DNA of 64,000 nt from Sedimentisphaerales bacterium (GCA_963663805.2 CAXXMR010000013.1:32001-96000); one strand, 5' to 3'. Numbered from the stretch's first letter, positions 39,810 through 50,956 are shown. Made by a program: numbers and translations. Notes: generated by a model from the letters alone, not told the origin.

Positions 39810-39999
39810 GTGCGTATCGCACTGATAGATCGCCGCGAGCGTTTGTCGTATGGGCCGCTCCCGTTGGTCGCTGTCTTTTTTGGCAAGTATAGGGTGGTGA
39901 TAAGAAATTATTTCTTTGTGCGTATCGCACTGATAGACCGCCGCGAGCGTTTGTCTTATTTGGCTGCTCCCGCTGGTCTCTGTCTTTTTTTGCAAGTAT
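39810..39999 (+). repeat. Two direct copies of an ~81-bp repeat separated by 27 bp
   Basis: 39810-39890 and 39918-39999 both run GTGCGTATCGCACTGATAGAYCGCCGCGAGCGTTTGTC...GCAAGTAT. Confidence 0.9.
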
Positions 40000-40021
40000 G
40001 TGTTTGGGGTGAAGGAAAAAA

Positions 40022-40801
40022 TTAGCGGTGTGGTTTTTGTCTGGGGCTGGTTTTTTTGTTTTTTGAGTGATAGCCTGTTTTGATGCGGGGTGTTTTATTT
40101 GGTGTGGTTTGGGGTTGTTGGGGCTTTTGCATGATGAAAAGGTAGTTAAAGCCGCGGAGGAAGAAGTTTTGTTCGTCGGCGGCTTTTCGGTAGTTGCCCA
40201 TGTCGAGCGTTTTGTTATGGCGGACGACGGCGATGATGTCGATAGGGGTAAAGAACTCGCGCAGGATGGCGAAGATTTCAAAGCCGATGGGGAAGAATCC
40301 TTTTTTTAGTTCGAACGAATCGCTGACGTAAAGAGCCATGTGTTTGCCGGGCTTGAGTACGCGGTTTATCTCGCTGATGACCTGGCGCATGGAGTTGTAA
40401 TATTCATCGTCGCCGGCGTGGAGTTTGCCGATACAGCGGGGGTCGTCGCTGTATTCGATGTGGGTTGAGTAGGGCGGGTCGATAAAAACGAAGTCGGATT
40501 TTTCGTCTTCTAAAGGCAGTTTGCGGGCGTCGACGCGAAAAATATCTTTGCGGGTGGGGTTAAGGTCATAGCCTAGGGCCCGGCGGTTGAGGTCGCGGGC
40601 GACATCGAGGGTTGTGCCGCTGCCGCACATGGGGTCTATAACAAGGTCGCGGGGCTGGGTGTATCTTTCGAGCAGGTTCCAGATAATATAGCTGGGGGTG
40701 GCGCCGCGATAATCAGGGTCACCCTGGGTGGTGTTGCCGTAGTGCTGGGAAGGATATTCCCAAAGTGTGGTTACCTGGGGCTGGAGGGGTGGTTTTTTCA
40801 T
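40022..40801 (-). CDS. Orphan amino (N4/N6) methyltransferase, DNA or RNA
   Basis: DPMCGSGT motif I precedes FIDPPY motif IV; RVLKPG. Confidence 0.85.
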   Translation of the reverse strand: MKKPPLQPQVTTLWEYPSQHYGNTTQGDPDYRGATPSYIIWNLLERYTQPRDLVIDPMCGSGTTLDVARDLNRRALGYDLNPTRKDIFRVDARKLPLEDEKSDFVFIDPPYSTHIEYSDDPRCIGKLHAGDDEYYNSMRQVISEINRVLKPGKHMALYVSDSFELKKGFFPIGFEIFAILREFFTPIDIIAVVRHNKTLDMGNYRKAADEQNFFLRGFNYLFIMQKPQQPQTTPNKTPRIKTGYHSKNKKTSPRQKPHR

Positions 40802-40803
40802 GG

Positions 40804-41916
40804 TTATTTTTTTGGGCTGAGGTTAGCGGTTAATTGTTTTAATATGGGTAAGGCGTGGTCGAAGAACATCCGGTAACCTTCGCAAAGATAGCTGGGGTCG
40901 GAATAGCACTGGTTAATGGTAATGCGGTCTTTGGGGCATCCGCCGCGGCAGATTTGGGAATGGCGGCAGGTTACACATTTGTTGGCGAGGTCACGTTTGT
41001 TTTTAGAGAATTTTTTCTTAACGTGGTTGTCGAAAAGTTTGTCGATGGTAGTTTCATGTAGTGAGCCGAGCAGCCATTCGGGCTGTACGAAGAAATCGCA
41101 GCAGTAGGCCTGGCCGGTATGTTCGATGACGATATAATCGTTGCAGCGGGGCATGAAACTACAGTTGGTGTGGTGGCCGGTGAGGATGTAGTTCATGATG
41201 GAGTCGAAGAGGCGTACGCTCAGGCGGGTGGGGCCGTACTCGAGCCAGCGGTCGAAAATGCGGGACATGAAACGGCCATACTGTTCGGGGCTGACGCAGA
41301 AGTGGGCTAGTTGGCCGGTGTAGGGGTCGTTTTCGACGCAGGGGACAAACTGGAGGAAATCAATACCGAGCGAGGTGAAGAAGTCGAATAGTTCGTCGGG
41401 ATGGTCGGCATTAAGGTTGTTGAGCAGGACGAGAATATTAAATTCGACTTTATGTTTTTTGCAGCAGGCGATGGCGTCCATTACTTTTTGCCAGGTGCCG
41501 CGGTCGGCGTGGTTGCGGCGATACTGGTCGTGGTATTTCTGAGGGCCGTCGAGGCTGATGCCGACGAGCCATTTGTATTCATGGAGGAACGAGCACCATT
41601 GGTCGTCGAGCAGAACAGCATTGGTTTGGAGGGCGTTGCTGATGACCTGTCCGTCGGCACCGTATTTTTTTTGGAGTTCGATAGTTTTTTTGTAGAAGTC
41701 AAGTCCCATAAGAGTTGGCTCTCCGCCCTGGAAGGCGAAGCTGGAAACTTCAAAGCGGAGGGCGAGGTAGTCTTTGACCATTTTTTCGAGCGTTTCTTCG
41801 GACATGCGATGTTGGCCGGTGCCGAACATATCGGTTTTGCGAGTGTAGAAGCAATATTTGCAATTGAGGTTGCAGTCGGGGCCGGACGGTTTGATGAGGA
41901 GTGTGAATGGTCGCAT
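40804..41916 (-). CDS. Anaerobic sulfatase maturase (radical SAM/SPASM)
   Basis: KPSGPDCNLNCKYCFY, FQGGEPTL, ISLDGP, C-terminal C..C..C.GGCPK SPASM motif. Confidence 0.92.
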   Translation of the reverse strand: MRPFTLLIKPSGPDCNLNCKYCFYTRKTDMFGTGQHRMSEETLEKMVKDYLALRFEVSSFAFQGGEPTLMGLDFYKKTIELQKKYGADGQVISNALQTNAVLLDDQWCSFLHEYKWLVGISLDGPQKYHDQYRRNHADRGTWQKVMDAIACCKKHKVEFNILVLLNNLNADHPDELFDFFTSLGIDFLQFVPCVENDPYTGQLAHFCVSPEQYGRFMSRIFDRWLEYGPTRLSVRLFDSIMNYILTGHHTNCSFMPRCNDYIVIEHTGQAYCCDFFVQPEWLLGSLHETTIDKLFDNHVKKKFSKNKRDLANKCVTCRHSQICRGGCPKDRITINQCYSDPSYLCEGYRMFFDHALPILKQLTANLSPKK

Positions 41917-41923
41917 TTTATTT

Positions 41924-42829
41924 TCAGTTTGGGGTTGGAGTGGTGAAGGTTAACTGAAATATTTTTACAAAGATGAGCATCAGGGCGGCGAGTATTACGA
42001 GGATGAAGTATTTTTTTATTTTGTGTTCGTTGATGCTGAGTCCGACGTGGGTGCCGACGTGGGTGCCGACGATACCGCCGACGAGCATGACGGCCCAGAG
42101 CCAGATTGAAATTTGGCCCGCCTGCCATTTTAGTCCGACGGCGATAAGGGCGGATATCATTACCAGCAGCAGACTGGTCCCGGCGGCTTGAGCGGGTCTT
42201 TGGCCGGCCAGGTAAATCAGAGCGGGCAACAGCACTACACCGCCGCCGACACCGAGCAGGGCAGAAAGTATGCCGACGCAAAAACCAATCAGCAGCAGCG
42301 GGATGACTGGCAGGGTCTGGTCGGGCAGGGACGAATATTTGGTGTAGGGGGGGATTTTGATGCGGGCGAACAGGCCGGATTTTTCATCGGTGTCGGATTG
42401 GGGCAGATTTTTTTTCTGGTCGTAGAACATAAACCCGGCGATCCAGGCCAGGAGGATAACAAAGGCCCAGAGCAGAACATATTCTACGGTGTTGACTTGT
42501 TGGCCGCGTATGGTGAGCGGGGGCATCTGGTCGAGTTTTTCGATGAGATTTTGGCCGAGGAAAACTCCAGAGATACTGCCGGCGGCGATGGTCAGGGCGA
42601 GCTTGACATCGACGGTGCCGGAACCGCGCCGGCGCATCATGCCGAATCCGCTGGTGACCAGAAATGTGGCCATGCCGGTGCCTACCGCGACGGGCATAGG
42701 AGCGCCCAGCAGGATGGCCAGGGCGGGGGTGATGAGGAATCCGCCACCAATGCCGAAGATTCCGGTGAGGAACCCAACGGCCAGGGCAATCATAAAGCCC
42801 CCGATAAATGCTATAATTGTAAATTCCAT
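41924..42829 (-). CDS. TauE/SafE family sulfite exporter (TSUP)
   Basis: Duplicated G.FGIGGG..P / LLGVGGG..P and AVGT / AAGTS motifs, multi-TM. Confidence 0.9.
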   Translation of the reverse strand: MEFTIIAFIGGFMIALAVGFLTGIFGIGGGFLITPALAILLGAPMPVAVGTGMATFLVTSGFGMMRRRGSGTVDVKLALTIAAGSISGVFLGQNLIEKLDQMPPLTIRGQQVNTVEYVLLWAFVILLAWIAGFMFYDQKKNLPQSDTDEKSGLFARIKIPPYTKYSSLPDQTLPVIPLLLIGFCVGILSALLGVGGGVVLLPALIYLAGQRPAQAAGTSLLLVMISALIAVGLKWQAGQISIWLWAVMLVGGIVGTHVGTHVGLSINEHKIKKYFILVILAALMLIFVKIFQLTFTTPTPN

Positions 42830-42927
42830 ATCTCTCAGTATATTAACGGTTTATTTGCCCGATAACATACCATAGGGAATTGCTGGCGTAAAATCTATGG
42901 AAAAATAACTGGTGTTCAGCGTTATGG

Positions 42928-44061
42928 TCAGGGGCAGGTTCTTCCCACAGCAAAGCCCATTCCGGTGGTATAACCCTTGCCGGCCTGACCGAACCAGTTG
43001 CCGGTGTACCACATGTGATATTCATCGGCCTGCTTGATTACCATGGGGTAGGATCGCTGGATGTCGTCGAAATTTCCCGGCTGGCCTATCCCGCCGGTGC
43101 TGGGTAAATCGGCATCTTCGAAAAACCATTCGTCTTGGAAAGTCCAGTTCAGGGCGTCGGTACTGGTCAGGCTGCGAACGCGATACCTAATGCCCAAAGC
43201 CCCGCACCACATACGGTATCCCTTACCGTCTTTGATGACCCAGGGTTTGCTGAGAAGGTATTCGTAATATTCCTGATGGAATCCGCGGGCGGTTGCGGCC
43301 CAGCGGTTGAGCGGATAGTACCAGTTGATGCCGTCTTTTGACTCAGCGTATCCGATGCCGACCGAGGGAATCTTATCGCTGAAGGCGGCGTGGAAGCTGA
43401 GAGATTTTGCCTGAGCGGGAGGTTCTTTGTATTCCGCGAAGGAGGTGAAATAGGCCCGGAAAATATCTCCGTCACGAAGAACGCAGACACTGCCGGTGCC
43501 TTCCTTATTCCACCATTCTGTGTGAGGGAAAATCGGTTCGTCGCTGTAATATTGCCAGGTCTTTCCCTGGTCCTGGCTGGTGACCAGATGGGTGGCGTAG
43601 GGCAGTTTTCCGTCAGGCCGGGCGGTGCCCCAGGTGCAGACATACATCAGCCAGGGGCCGTCATCCTGAGGAATAACCTGAGCATAGCAGGGGCCCTGAG
43701 AGTTATGGGGCTTGTCTGGTTGGCGTTCAAGTACTATTCCCTTGGCTTTCCATGCCGTAGGGTTGCTGATGGGAGCTTCTGCCTGGGCGATGTAATAATG
43801 GCCGTTGTTATCCTCGGCCCAATAGTACATGCGGTAGATGTCGCCGAGTTGGAGGACTGAACAGCAACTGACTCGTTTGGCGTCGAAGTCTCCGTGGAGT
43901 TGTCCGGGAGTGATGACCGGGTTCTGTTTTGAAAAATGCCATTTGATAGGCAGGGCGTAACTTTGTGAGCTGCCTTGGTTTAGCGGGTGGCAGGACAGGC
44001 AGATCGAGGATGTCAGGACGATTAATATGCATGAAATGAGATTTTTAGATATGTTTTTCAT
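42928..44061 (-). CDS. Lipoprotein with probable five-bladed beta-propeller glycoside-hydrolase-like fold
   Basis: ICLSC lipobox; NPVI, YRMYY, IGYAESKDGINW, YRMW, STDALNW, YHMWYTG blade motifs. Confidence 0.7.
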   Translation of the reverse strand: MKNISKNLISCILIVLTSSICLSCHPLNQGSSQSYALPIKWHFSKQNPVITPGQLHGDFDAKRVSCCSVLQLGDIYRMYYWAEDNNGHYYIAQAEAPISNPTAWKAKGIVLERQPDKPHNSQGPCYAQVIPQDDGPWLMYVCTWGTARPDGKLPYATHLVTSQDQGKTWQYYSDEPIFPHTEWWNKEGTGSVCVLRDGDIFRAYFTSFAEYKEPPAQAKSLSFHAAFSDKIPSVGIGYAESKDGINWYYPLNRWAATARGFHQEYYEYLLSKPWVIKDGKGYRMWCGALGIRYRVRSLTSTDALNWTFQDEWFFEDADLPSTGGIGQPGNFDDIQRSYPMVIKQADEYHMWYTGNWFGQAGKGYTTGMGFAVGRTCP

Positions 44062-44241
44062 ATTCGCCTTTAGCTGAAAAGTGGGTTTATATTGCCAGTA
44101 TTTACTGTTTTTTCTTAATAATTTGACATTATTATAATCAATATATGAGATTATTTCAATGCTAATCTGTCCCCAAAGGTTTTCTTTCTGACTAGTCGGG
44201 GTTTGTTTGACAGTTAGCAGGTGGCCGCTTATCATGCCCCG

Positions 44242-44874
44242 ATGGATTTTTCGTGGTTAAAAGGTAGATTTCTGGTGTTGGACGGCCCGGATGGGTGCGG
44301 TAAGAGTACGCAGGCACAGAAGTTAGCGGATGAGTGTCGTCGGTCGGGGGTTGAACCGTTGACATTGCGTGACCCAGGTGGTACGGCCATTGGCGAACGT
44401 ATTCGCGCGATTTTGCTGGACCGGGAACATTCTGAGATGTGCGCGCGGACGGAATTGCTGCTTTATATGGCCAGTCGAGCCCAGCTTTATGATGAGTGTA
44501 TCAGGCCGGCTCTGGAGAAGGGGCAGTGCGTCATTTGTGACCGGTGGATTTCGAGTACCTACGCTTATCAGGCGGTGGCGGGCAAGGTCGGGGTTGATAA
44601 TCTGCTCAATATCGCCGAAATCGCTCTGGAACGGACCTGGCCTGACGTAACTATTATAATAGATGTGCCCAGCGATAAGGCGTTCGAGCGGATTGACCGG
44701 GAGCTGGACCGGATGGAGGCCAAGGGTTTGGATTTTCACCGGGCGGTGCGGGACGGCTTCCTTGAGCTGGCCGGTCGGCGTAAGGGGGACTTCGCGGTGG
44801 TGGATGGTTCAGCGACTATAGACGAAGTTCACGGGCGGATTTGTGAGGTGCTGAGTCGTCATGTCGATATTTGA
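44242..44874 (+). CDS. tmk: Thymidylate kinase
   Basis: DGPDGCGKSTQ, RDPGGT, LYMASRAQ, CDRW, DRME. Confidence 0.96.
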   Translation: MDFSWLKGRFLVLDGPDGCGKSTQAQKLADECRRSGVEPLTLRDPGGTAIGERIRAILLDREHSEMCARTELLLYMASRAQLYDECIRPALEKGQCVICDRWISSTYAYQAVAGKVGVDNLLNIAEIALERTWPDVTIIIDVPSDKAFERIDRELDRMEAKGLDFHRAVRDGFLELAGRRKGDFAVVDGSATIDEVHGRICEVLSRHVDI

Positions 44875-45955
44875 GGTACAAGGCCAGGGGCGGGCAATTG
44901 AACAGTTGCAGCGGGCGATGCGGGCTGAGCGGGTGGCCCAAAGCTACATTTTTCACGGCCCCGAAGGGGTGGGCAAGGCTCTGTCGGCGGTACAGTGGGC
45001 AAAATTGCTGCTCTGTGCCCGGCCGGTGACGCGGACAAGCGAGTTTGGCCCGGTGTGGGACTGCTGCGATGAGTGCCATGAATGCCAGCTGGTCGCCAGC
45101 GGTGGTCATCCCGATTTGCATATAATCAGCCGGTCGTCGAACAAGTATGTAAAGGATAAATCAAAGCGAGACAGGCAGTTACGTGATTTACCGATTGATA
45201 TTATCCGGGAATTTGTGATAGTTCCGGCGGGGGTGCAGCCCAGCCGGGGTCGGGCCCGGGTTTTTGTGATAGATGAGGCTGAGCGGATGAATAATCAGGC
45301 TCAGAATTCTATATTGAAGACGCTGGAAGAGCCGCCGGCCAATGCGTATCTGGTGCTGGTGACCTCCAGGCCGGACCGGTTTCTGCCGACGATTCATTCG
45401 CGGTGTCAGTCGGTGCGGTTTGGTCCTTTGGGACGGGAATTTATTACGGGCAAGCTGGTTGAGGCGGGCGCGTCGGCTGAGGCGGCGGGGTATTGGGCGA
45501 ATTTTTCCGGAGGGAGGCTGGGGATGGCCCTGAATCTGAGTGGTTCGGTGCTGGGCGAGGTTCGGAGTGATTTATTAAGTCGTTTGTCGGCAGTTGATTA
45601 TGATACGGCTTTGGAGATGGCCGGCTGGCTGGTTGATGTGGGTAAGAAGTATGGCGATTCTCTAAAGGATGAAACTGAGCAATCGGGCGCGGAGAACACT
45701 CGCGATGGTCAGATACTACTTATGGAGATGATGATTCATGGTTTCAGTCTGGCCTTGCGTGAGGCGGCCGGCGTTGACGTGAGCGGGGCAGGTGAGCGGG
45801 ACTCGGTGTCTAAACTGGCCGGGCGGTTCGGCAGTTACGGTGCCAGCGAGGCGATTCGGGCGACGGCACGGGCTCAGGGGCAGTTGTACGCTAACGTAAA
45901 TGCCACTTTGCTTTTCGAGTCATTGCTGTTAGAGTATACGTCTAATGGCAGGTAA
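44861..45955 (+). CDS. holB: DNA polymerase III delta-prime subunit
   Basis: FHGPEGVGK, C..C..C zinc site, HPD, AQNSILKTLEEP, LPTIHSRC; follows tmk. Confidence 0.93.
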   Translation: MSIFEVQGQGRAIEQLQRAMRAERVAQSYIFHGPEGVGKALSAVQWAKLLLCARPVTRTSEFGPVWDCCDECHECQLVASGGHPDLHIISRSSNKYVKDKSKRDRQLRDLPIDIIREFVIVPAGVQPSRGRARVFVIDEAERMNNQAQNSILKTLEEPPANAYLVLVTSRPDRFLPTIHSRCQSVRFGPLGREFITGKLVEAGASAEAAGYWANFSGGRLGMALNLSGSVLGEVRSDLLSRLSAVDYDTALEMAGWLVDVGKKYGDSLKDETEQSGAENTRDGQILLMEMMIHGFSLALREAAGVDVSGAGERDSVSKLAGRFGSYGASEAIRATARAQGQLYANVNATLLFESLLLEYTSNGR

Positions 45956-46096
45956 GAGGCATAAGGCAAGAGTGACACTTGTCCGGTTTCGGCCTTGGTC
46001 CGAGAGTGATTTGTGGTCGTGTTGCTCACGCTCCACGCTTTTCAGGATTTGGTGCGGTGTTTTACATCCGGTTAGAGATTTTGAGACGAGATTATA

Positions 46097-47343
46097 ATGG
46101 ATAATGACAATAATAGTGCGAATGAGCAGGAACATCAGGACGCTGGGCCGGTCGCGCAAGGGGAGGCGGACGAGTCTGTCAAGAATGAACATGAGCATAA
46201 GCCTGAGCGAGGGCGAGGGTGGTAAGGGCGAAGGGCAAACGCCGTACGGTTCTGGTTCGTTATGGCAAGATGGGTAATATTGGTTTGTTTCGCCATTCGG
46301 AACGTGAGATCCCGCCGACTTCGAACTGGGTGATTGTCAATACTGAGCGGGGGTTGGAGATGGGCCATGTTGTTTCGGCGTGTTTTCATCAGCGGGGTAC
46401 GTGCGGGGCTTTCGGATGAACGCGTCGAGGAATACTGCAAGAGCAGCGGCAATGATTATCCCTTGAATATGCCAGGGGCGTTTTGTGCGGTTTGGCGACG
46501 GAGCAGGACCTTAACGAACAGCGTCATCTGGAAAAAGGGGCGGTAGAAGAAGCGACGTACTGTCGGGGAACAGATAGAGAAACATGAACTGCCGATGGAC
46601 CTGGTCGATGTCGAGCATTTGTTCGGGGGCGACCGGATAATATATTATTTCATGTCGGACGGCAGGGTTGATTTTCGAGCGTTGGTGGCGGGAGCTGGCT
46701 CATCGGTATCAGACGCGTATTGAGATGCGTCAGGTGGGTGCCCGCGACGAGGCTCGTCTTTTGGCGGATTACGAAACCTGTGGTCAGCCTTGCTGCTGCC
46801 GGGTGTTTTTGAAGGTATTGCAGCCGGTGAATATGCGTATGGCCAAGCTGCAAAAGGCGACCCTTGACCCGACGAAGATTTCCGGTCGGTGCGGGCGGTT
46901 GAAGTGCTGCCTGCGTTATGAGGACCAGGTTTATACCGAGCTGGCGAAGAAGCTGCCGGCGTCGCAATATGCGGGTGCTGACCTCGGAAGGGGCCGGTGT
47001 AATTATTGGGGGACAGGTGCTAACGCAACTGGTTGAGATAGTGCTGGATGATAACCGTCGTATCGCGATAAGTGTGGATGAGATTTTGGAGAAAGACTAT
47101 AAGCCGGGTGAACAGGTTGAGCGTCCTGTGGAGGTCCAGTCTCGTCAGCGTCGTCCGGAAAGACGCAGCGCAGAGACGAAACCTGCCGAGGAACAGCCTG
47201 CCGTTCAGACCGAAGGCTCTGATGGTCAGGAGCAGCCGAAGAAAAAACGTCGGCGTCGCCGGCGTAAACGCAAGGATGACGGCGGCGGTGAGGATAATGG
47301 CGGCGGGCAGAACGGCTCGTCGGACAACAGTGAGAATGCTTGA
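46097..47343 (+). CDS. ricT: PSP1/RicT (YaaT) family protein, several indels
   Basis: TERGLEMG, RIEMRQVGARDEA, CGQPCCC, MAKLQ..LDPTKISGRCGRLKCCLRYE; follows holB. Confidence 0.85.
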
Positions 47344-47355
47344 GTTGAAGGGTGA

Positions 47356-49385
47356 TTGTTGATATGGCCAGAAGAAATGCTAGTTACGGCAGCTTTGCCT
47401 TACGCCAATGGTTCGATACATATCGGGCATCTGGTGGAATATATCCAGACGGACATTTGGGTGCGGTTTCAGAAGTCGCGGGGCAATGACTGCGTGTTCT
47501 GCTGTGCCGATGATACGCACGGAACACCGATAATGATAAGCGCTCGCAAGAAGGGCATAACACCCGAAGAGCTGGTCAGCAAGATGCACGATGAGCATCA
47601 GCGTGATTTTGACGGGTTCGGGGTTGAGTTTGATAATTATTATACGACTCATTCGCCGGAGAACCGGGTTTTGAGTGAGCAGATATACAACAGTCTGAAG
47701 AGAGGCGGCCATATCGAAACTCGCGAGGTTGAGCAGGCGTACTGCGAAAAAGACGCGATGTTTCTGCCCGACCGTTTTATTCGCGGAGTATGTCCGCGTT
47801 GCGGGGCGGAGGACCAGTATGGCGATTCCTGCGAATCGTGTAACTCGACCTATACGCCGACGGAACTGAAAAACGCCGCTTGCAGTATTTGCGGGACGGC
47901 ACCGGTGCGGCGGGAGTCCAAACATTATTTTTTCAAGCTGGGCGACTTTGGCTCGCAGTTGCAGGAGTGGATTGGGGCCGGTCATGTGCATGACCAGGTG
48001 GCTAATAAGTTGCAGGAGTGGTTTTGAGCATTGGGCCTGCGCGACTGGGATATTTCGCGGGACGCTCCCTATTTTGGTTTTGAGATACCGGGCGAGAAGG
48101 ATAAGTATTTTTATGTCTGGCTGGACGCCCCGATTGGTTATATCGCCAGTACGAAAAATTATTGCGAGCGGACGGGACGGAATTTTGATGATTACTGGCT
48201 GAACGAGGGGACTGAGATACATCATTTCATCGGTAAGCGACATAACGTATTTTCACGCTTTGTTCTGGCCGGCGATGCTGATGGGTTCGGGTTTTAATAC
48301 GCCGACATCAGTTGGCGATACATGGTTTTCTTACCGTTAATGGTGAGAAGATGAGTAAGTCGCGCGGTACTTTTATTAACGCCGCGAGTTATCTCAAGCA
48401 CCTCGACCCGCAATATCTGCGTTATTATTACGCCTGCAAGATGGGGCCAGGCACGGAAGATATCGATTTGAATATTGAGGATTTTGCCGCTCGCGTTAAT
48501 AGCGACCTGGTCGGCAAGCTCGCCAACCTCGCTTCGCGTTCGGTGCCGATGCTGACGAAGAAGCTGGATGGAAAACTAGGGCCTCTTTCTGATGAAGGTC
48601 GTTCGATAGTGGGTCAGTTGCAGGAAGCAGCGGCAGAAATTGCTGATAATTTCGAAAAGCGTTGTTTTGCTTCCGCGGTTCGCAGGATTTGTGCTTTAGC
48701 GGATGTGGTCAATCGTTATGTTGACGACCGCAAGCCGTGGGCGGCGATTAAGGAAGATGCCGAAAACGCTCGTGAAACGATTACGACAGTACTGAACGCG
48801 GTGCGGATTCTGACGGTGTATCTTAAACCTGTACTGCCGGATTATGCTGCCCGGATTGAGCGGATTCTGGGGGTTGAGCCTTTGGTCTGGGCGGACGCTG
48901 AGACGGTGCTGGGGGCGGGTCATCAGGTAAATGAATTTGAACGTTTAATTGAACGAGTTGATTTAGATAAGGTTAAAGAAATGATCGAAGAAAGCAAAGA
49001 GCAGCAGCAGAACGAAGAAGTCAAAACCCCCGGCCCGCTGGACGAGGAACCGCTGGCAGATGTGATTAGCTTTGATGATTTCATTAAAGTTGATTTGCGT
49101 GTTGCCCGCGTTGCCAAAGTTGAGCCGGTCGAAGGTGCCGACAAACTGCTGCGTTTCGAGCTGGATTTGGGCGGCGAGACACGTCATGTATTGGGCGGTT
49201 TCAGCAAGGCCTATAAGCCCGAAGAACTACAAGGTAAACTCGTGATAATGGCGGCGAATCTGGCACCGCGTAAGATGCGATTTGGTGTCTCGGAAGGTAT
49301 GATTCTGGCGGCGGGACCGGGCGGCTCGGAGGTTTTCGCCCTGACGGTTGACCAGGGAGCTCAGCCGGGCCAGCGGGTACACTGA
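47356..49385 (+). CDS. metG: Methionine-tRNA ligase with C-terminal tRNA-binding domain; indels near 48025 and 48240-48310
   Basis: [56 protein letters not shown]. Confidence 0.95.
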
Positions 49386-49391
49386 TAATTT

Positions 49392-49772
49392 ATGGACACA
49401 CCGAACAGGTCAATCGAAGAAGTTATTCTGGAGGACGGACGTTACCCGCTGGAGGCGGTGCAGTTTGTACGGGCGGGGCTCAATTATACCGTACAGCAGG
49501 TCTACAAAAAACAGGGACAGTCTGAGCGGAGGCATATCAGCGGCGAACAACTCTGTATGGGGCTGCGTGATTTGGCGCGGCAGAAGTGGGGGATGCTGGC
49601 GGGCTCGGTGCTGGGCCAGTGGAATATTCACGGCACGAAAGATTTCGGCGAGATAGTTTTTCTGCTGGTGGAAACGGGGTGGATGCAGAAACAACCCAGC
49701 GACTGCCGCGAGGATTTCGATGGAATCTACGATTTCGATGATGAGTTCGGCAGCGATTTCGAGTTAGAGTAA
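49392..49772 (+). CDS. PVC-conserved protein, Minf_1886-like family
   Basis: D.RYPLEA..FV..GL, RHISG..LC, W.I..T.DFGEIVF.LV pattern. Confidence 0.8.
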   Translation: MDTPNRSIEEVILEDGRYPLEAVQFVRAGLNYTVQQVYKKQGQSERRHISGEQLCMGLRDLARQKWGMLAGSVLGQWNIHGTKDFGEIVFLLVETGWMQKQPSDCREDFDGIYDFDDEFGSDFELE

Positions 49773-49780
49773 GTCGCCGT

Positions 49781-50956
49781 TCAGTCTTTGAGGAAGAGGT
49801 AGTATAGTTTCCCTTCCTGATAGGTCATGCCGGCGATTTTTCCGGCCTGGGGGCCTATTCCCATGTAGATGTCGCAGCGGCCGGGCGCTCTGATTGCCCC
49901 GCCGGTGTCCTGGTCCAGTGCGAAGATTTTCTGGGGGATGATTTTTGTCTCACCGCCCAGATAGCGGGGCAGTTTTGAATCTACAAAGGCCAGGCAGGCG
50001 CGGGGGTAGATTGATTTATCGGTGGCGATGCTGCGGAGCTCGGTTACGGGTTCGTTGAGGCTGCCGTGGGGGTTGCCCGATGTCTGGTGGAAGAAAACAA
50101 AGCGCGGGTTGCGTTGGGTATAGGTTTTGATTTTGTCGGGGTTGTTCTTGAAGAAGTCTATCAGCGTCGAAAGCGAAAGTTTTTCCGCTGGGATGGCACC
50201 TTCCTTAATGAGGTCGTGGGCGATGCTGTGATAAGGCTGGCCATTGCCGGCGATGTAGCCGACGTCCATTAAATCGCCGTTGCCAAGGCGAATACGGCAG
50301 GAGCCCTGGACATGGGCGACGTAGACTTCGAAGGGGTCGGTGAGGTAAACGAGTTCAAGGCCGTCGAGCAGGTTTGAGTTTTCGAGCTGGGCCCGGGGCG
50401 GGTACTGCGAGAGTGAACCGTCGGGCAGGCGTCGGCCCATGATTTCACCGTTGGGGCCTTTTTCGAGGTCGGCGGGCTGTTTATACAGCGGGTACTGGTA
50501 GGTCGCGTCTTTCTGGAGCGAGCCTTTGAAGATGGGAGTGTAGTAGCCGGTAAAGAGTACGGTTCCGTTATCGTCGCAGCCAATGGATTCATAGACATCG
50601 AATTTTTGGCGGATAGCCTGGTTGAGGGCATTGCCGTGCAGGCCGGCCTTGAGCAGGCCTTTGAAGGCTTGCAGGGATTTGACGGCGTGGTTGTGGGTAA
50701 TATCCGCGTAGGGGAAGAAGTGTTTGCTGGATGGTTTAGCCAGGTAACTAAGGCTGTTGTCGATAGATTCGCTTAGTCGGTTGAGATCGTGGCAGGCGTT
50801 GGTGAAATCGGGGACGCGGGCCGGGTCGGTGATTTTACGCAGGGCAAGCTGGCCCGGTTCAAGGGGGCGAGTGTAATCTTTCTTCGGTTTTTTACAGCCG
50901 GGCAGAGCCATGAGGCCGACAATAATTGCGAACGCTAAGATACGTTTGGTGTTCAT
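49781..50956 (-). CDS. mltA: Membrane-bound lytic murein transglycosylase A
   Basis: Lipobox LPGC; FTGYYTP, HVQGS, NPRFVFF, RSIATD, DQDTGGAI. Confidence 0.92.
   Translation of the reverse strand: MNTKRILAFAIIVGLMALPGCKKPKKDYTRPLEPGQLALRKITDPARVPDFTNACHDLNRLSESIDNSLSYLAKPSSKHFFPYADITHNHAVKSLQAFKGLLKAGLHGNALNQAIRQKFDVYESIGCDDNGTVLFTGYYTPIFKGSLQKDATYQYPLYKQPADLEKGPNGEIMGRRLPDGSLSQYPPRAQLENSNLLDGLELVYLTDPFEVYVAHVQGSCRIRLGNGDLMDVGYIAGNGQPYHSIAHDLIKEGAIPAEKLSLSTLIDFFKNNPDKIKTYTQRNPRFVFFHQTSGNPHGSLNEPVTELRSIATDKSIYPRACLAFVDSKLPRYLGGETKIIPQKIFALDQDTGGAIRAPGRCDIYMGIGPQAGKIAGMTYQEGKLYYLFLKD

Noticed and set aside
39810..39999. CRISPR array or integron attC sites
   Set aside because: Only two units, the repeat (~81 bp) is far longer than the spacer, and there are no cas or integrase genes and no RYYYAAC/GTTRRRY cores.
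48020..48035. In-frame TGA in metG as selenocysteine or stop readthrough
   Set aside because: The region is one codon longer than the EWF-x-x-GL consensus and lies in an indel-rich stretch, so inserted bases explain the TGA. The position is not a Cys site.
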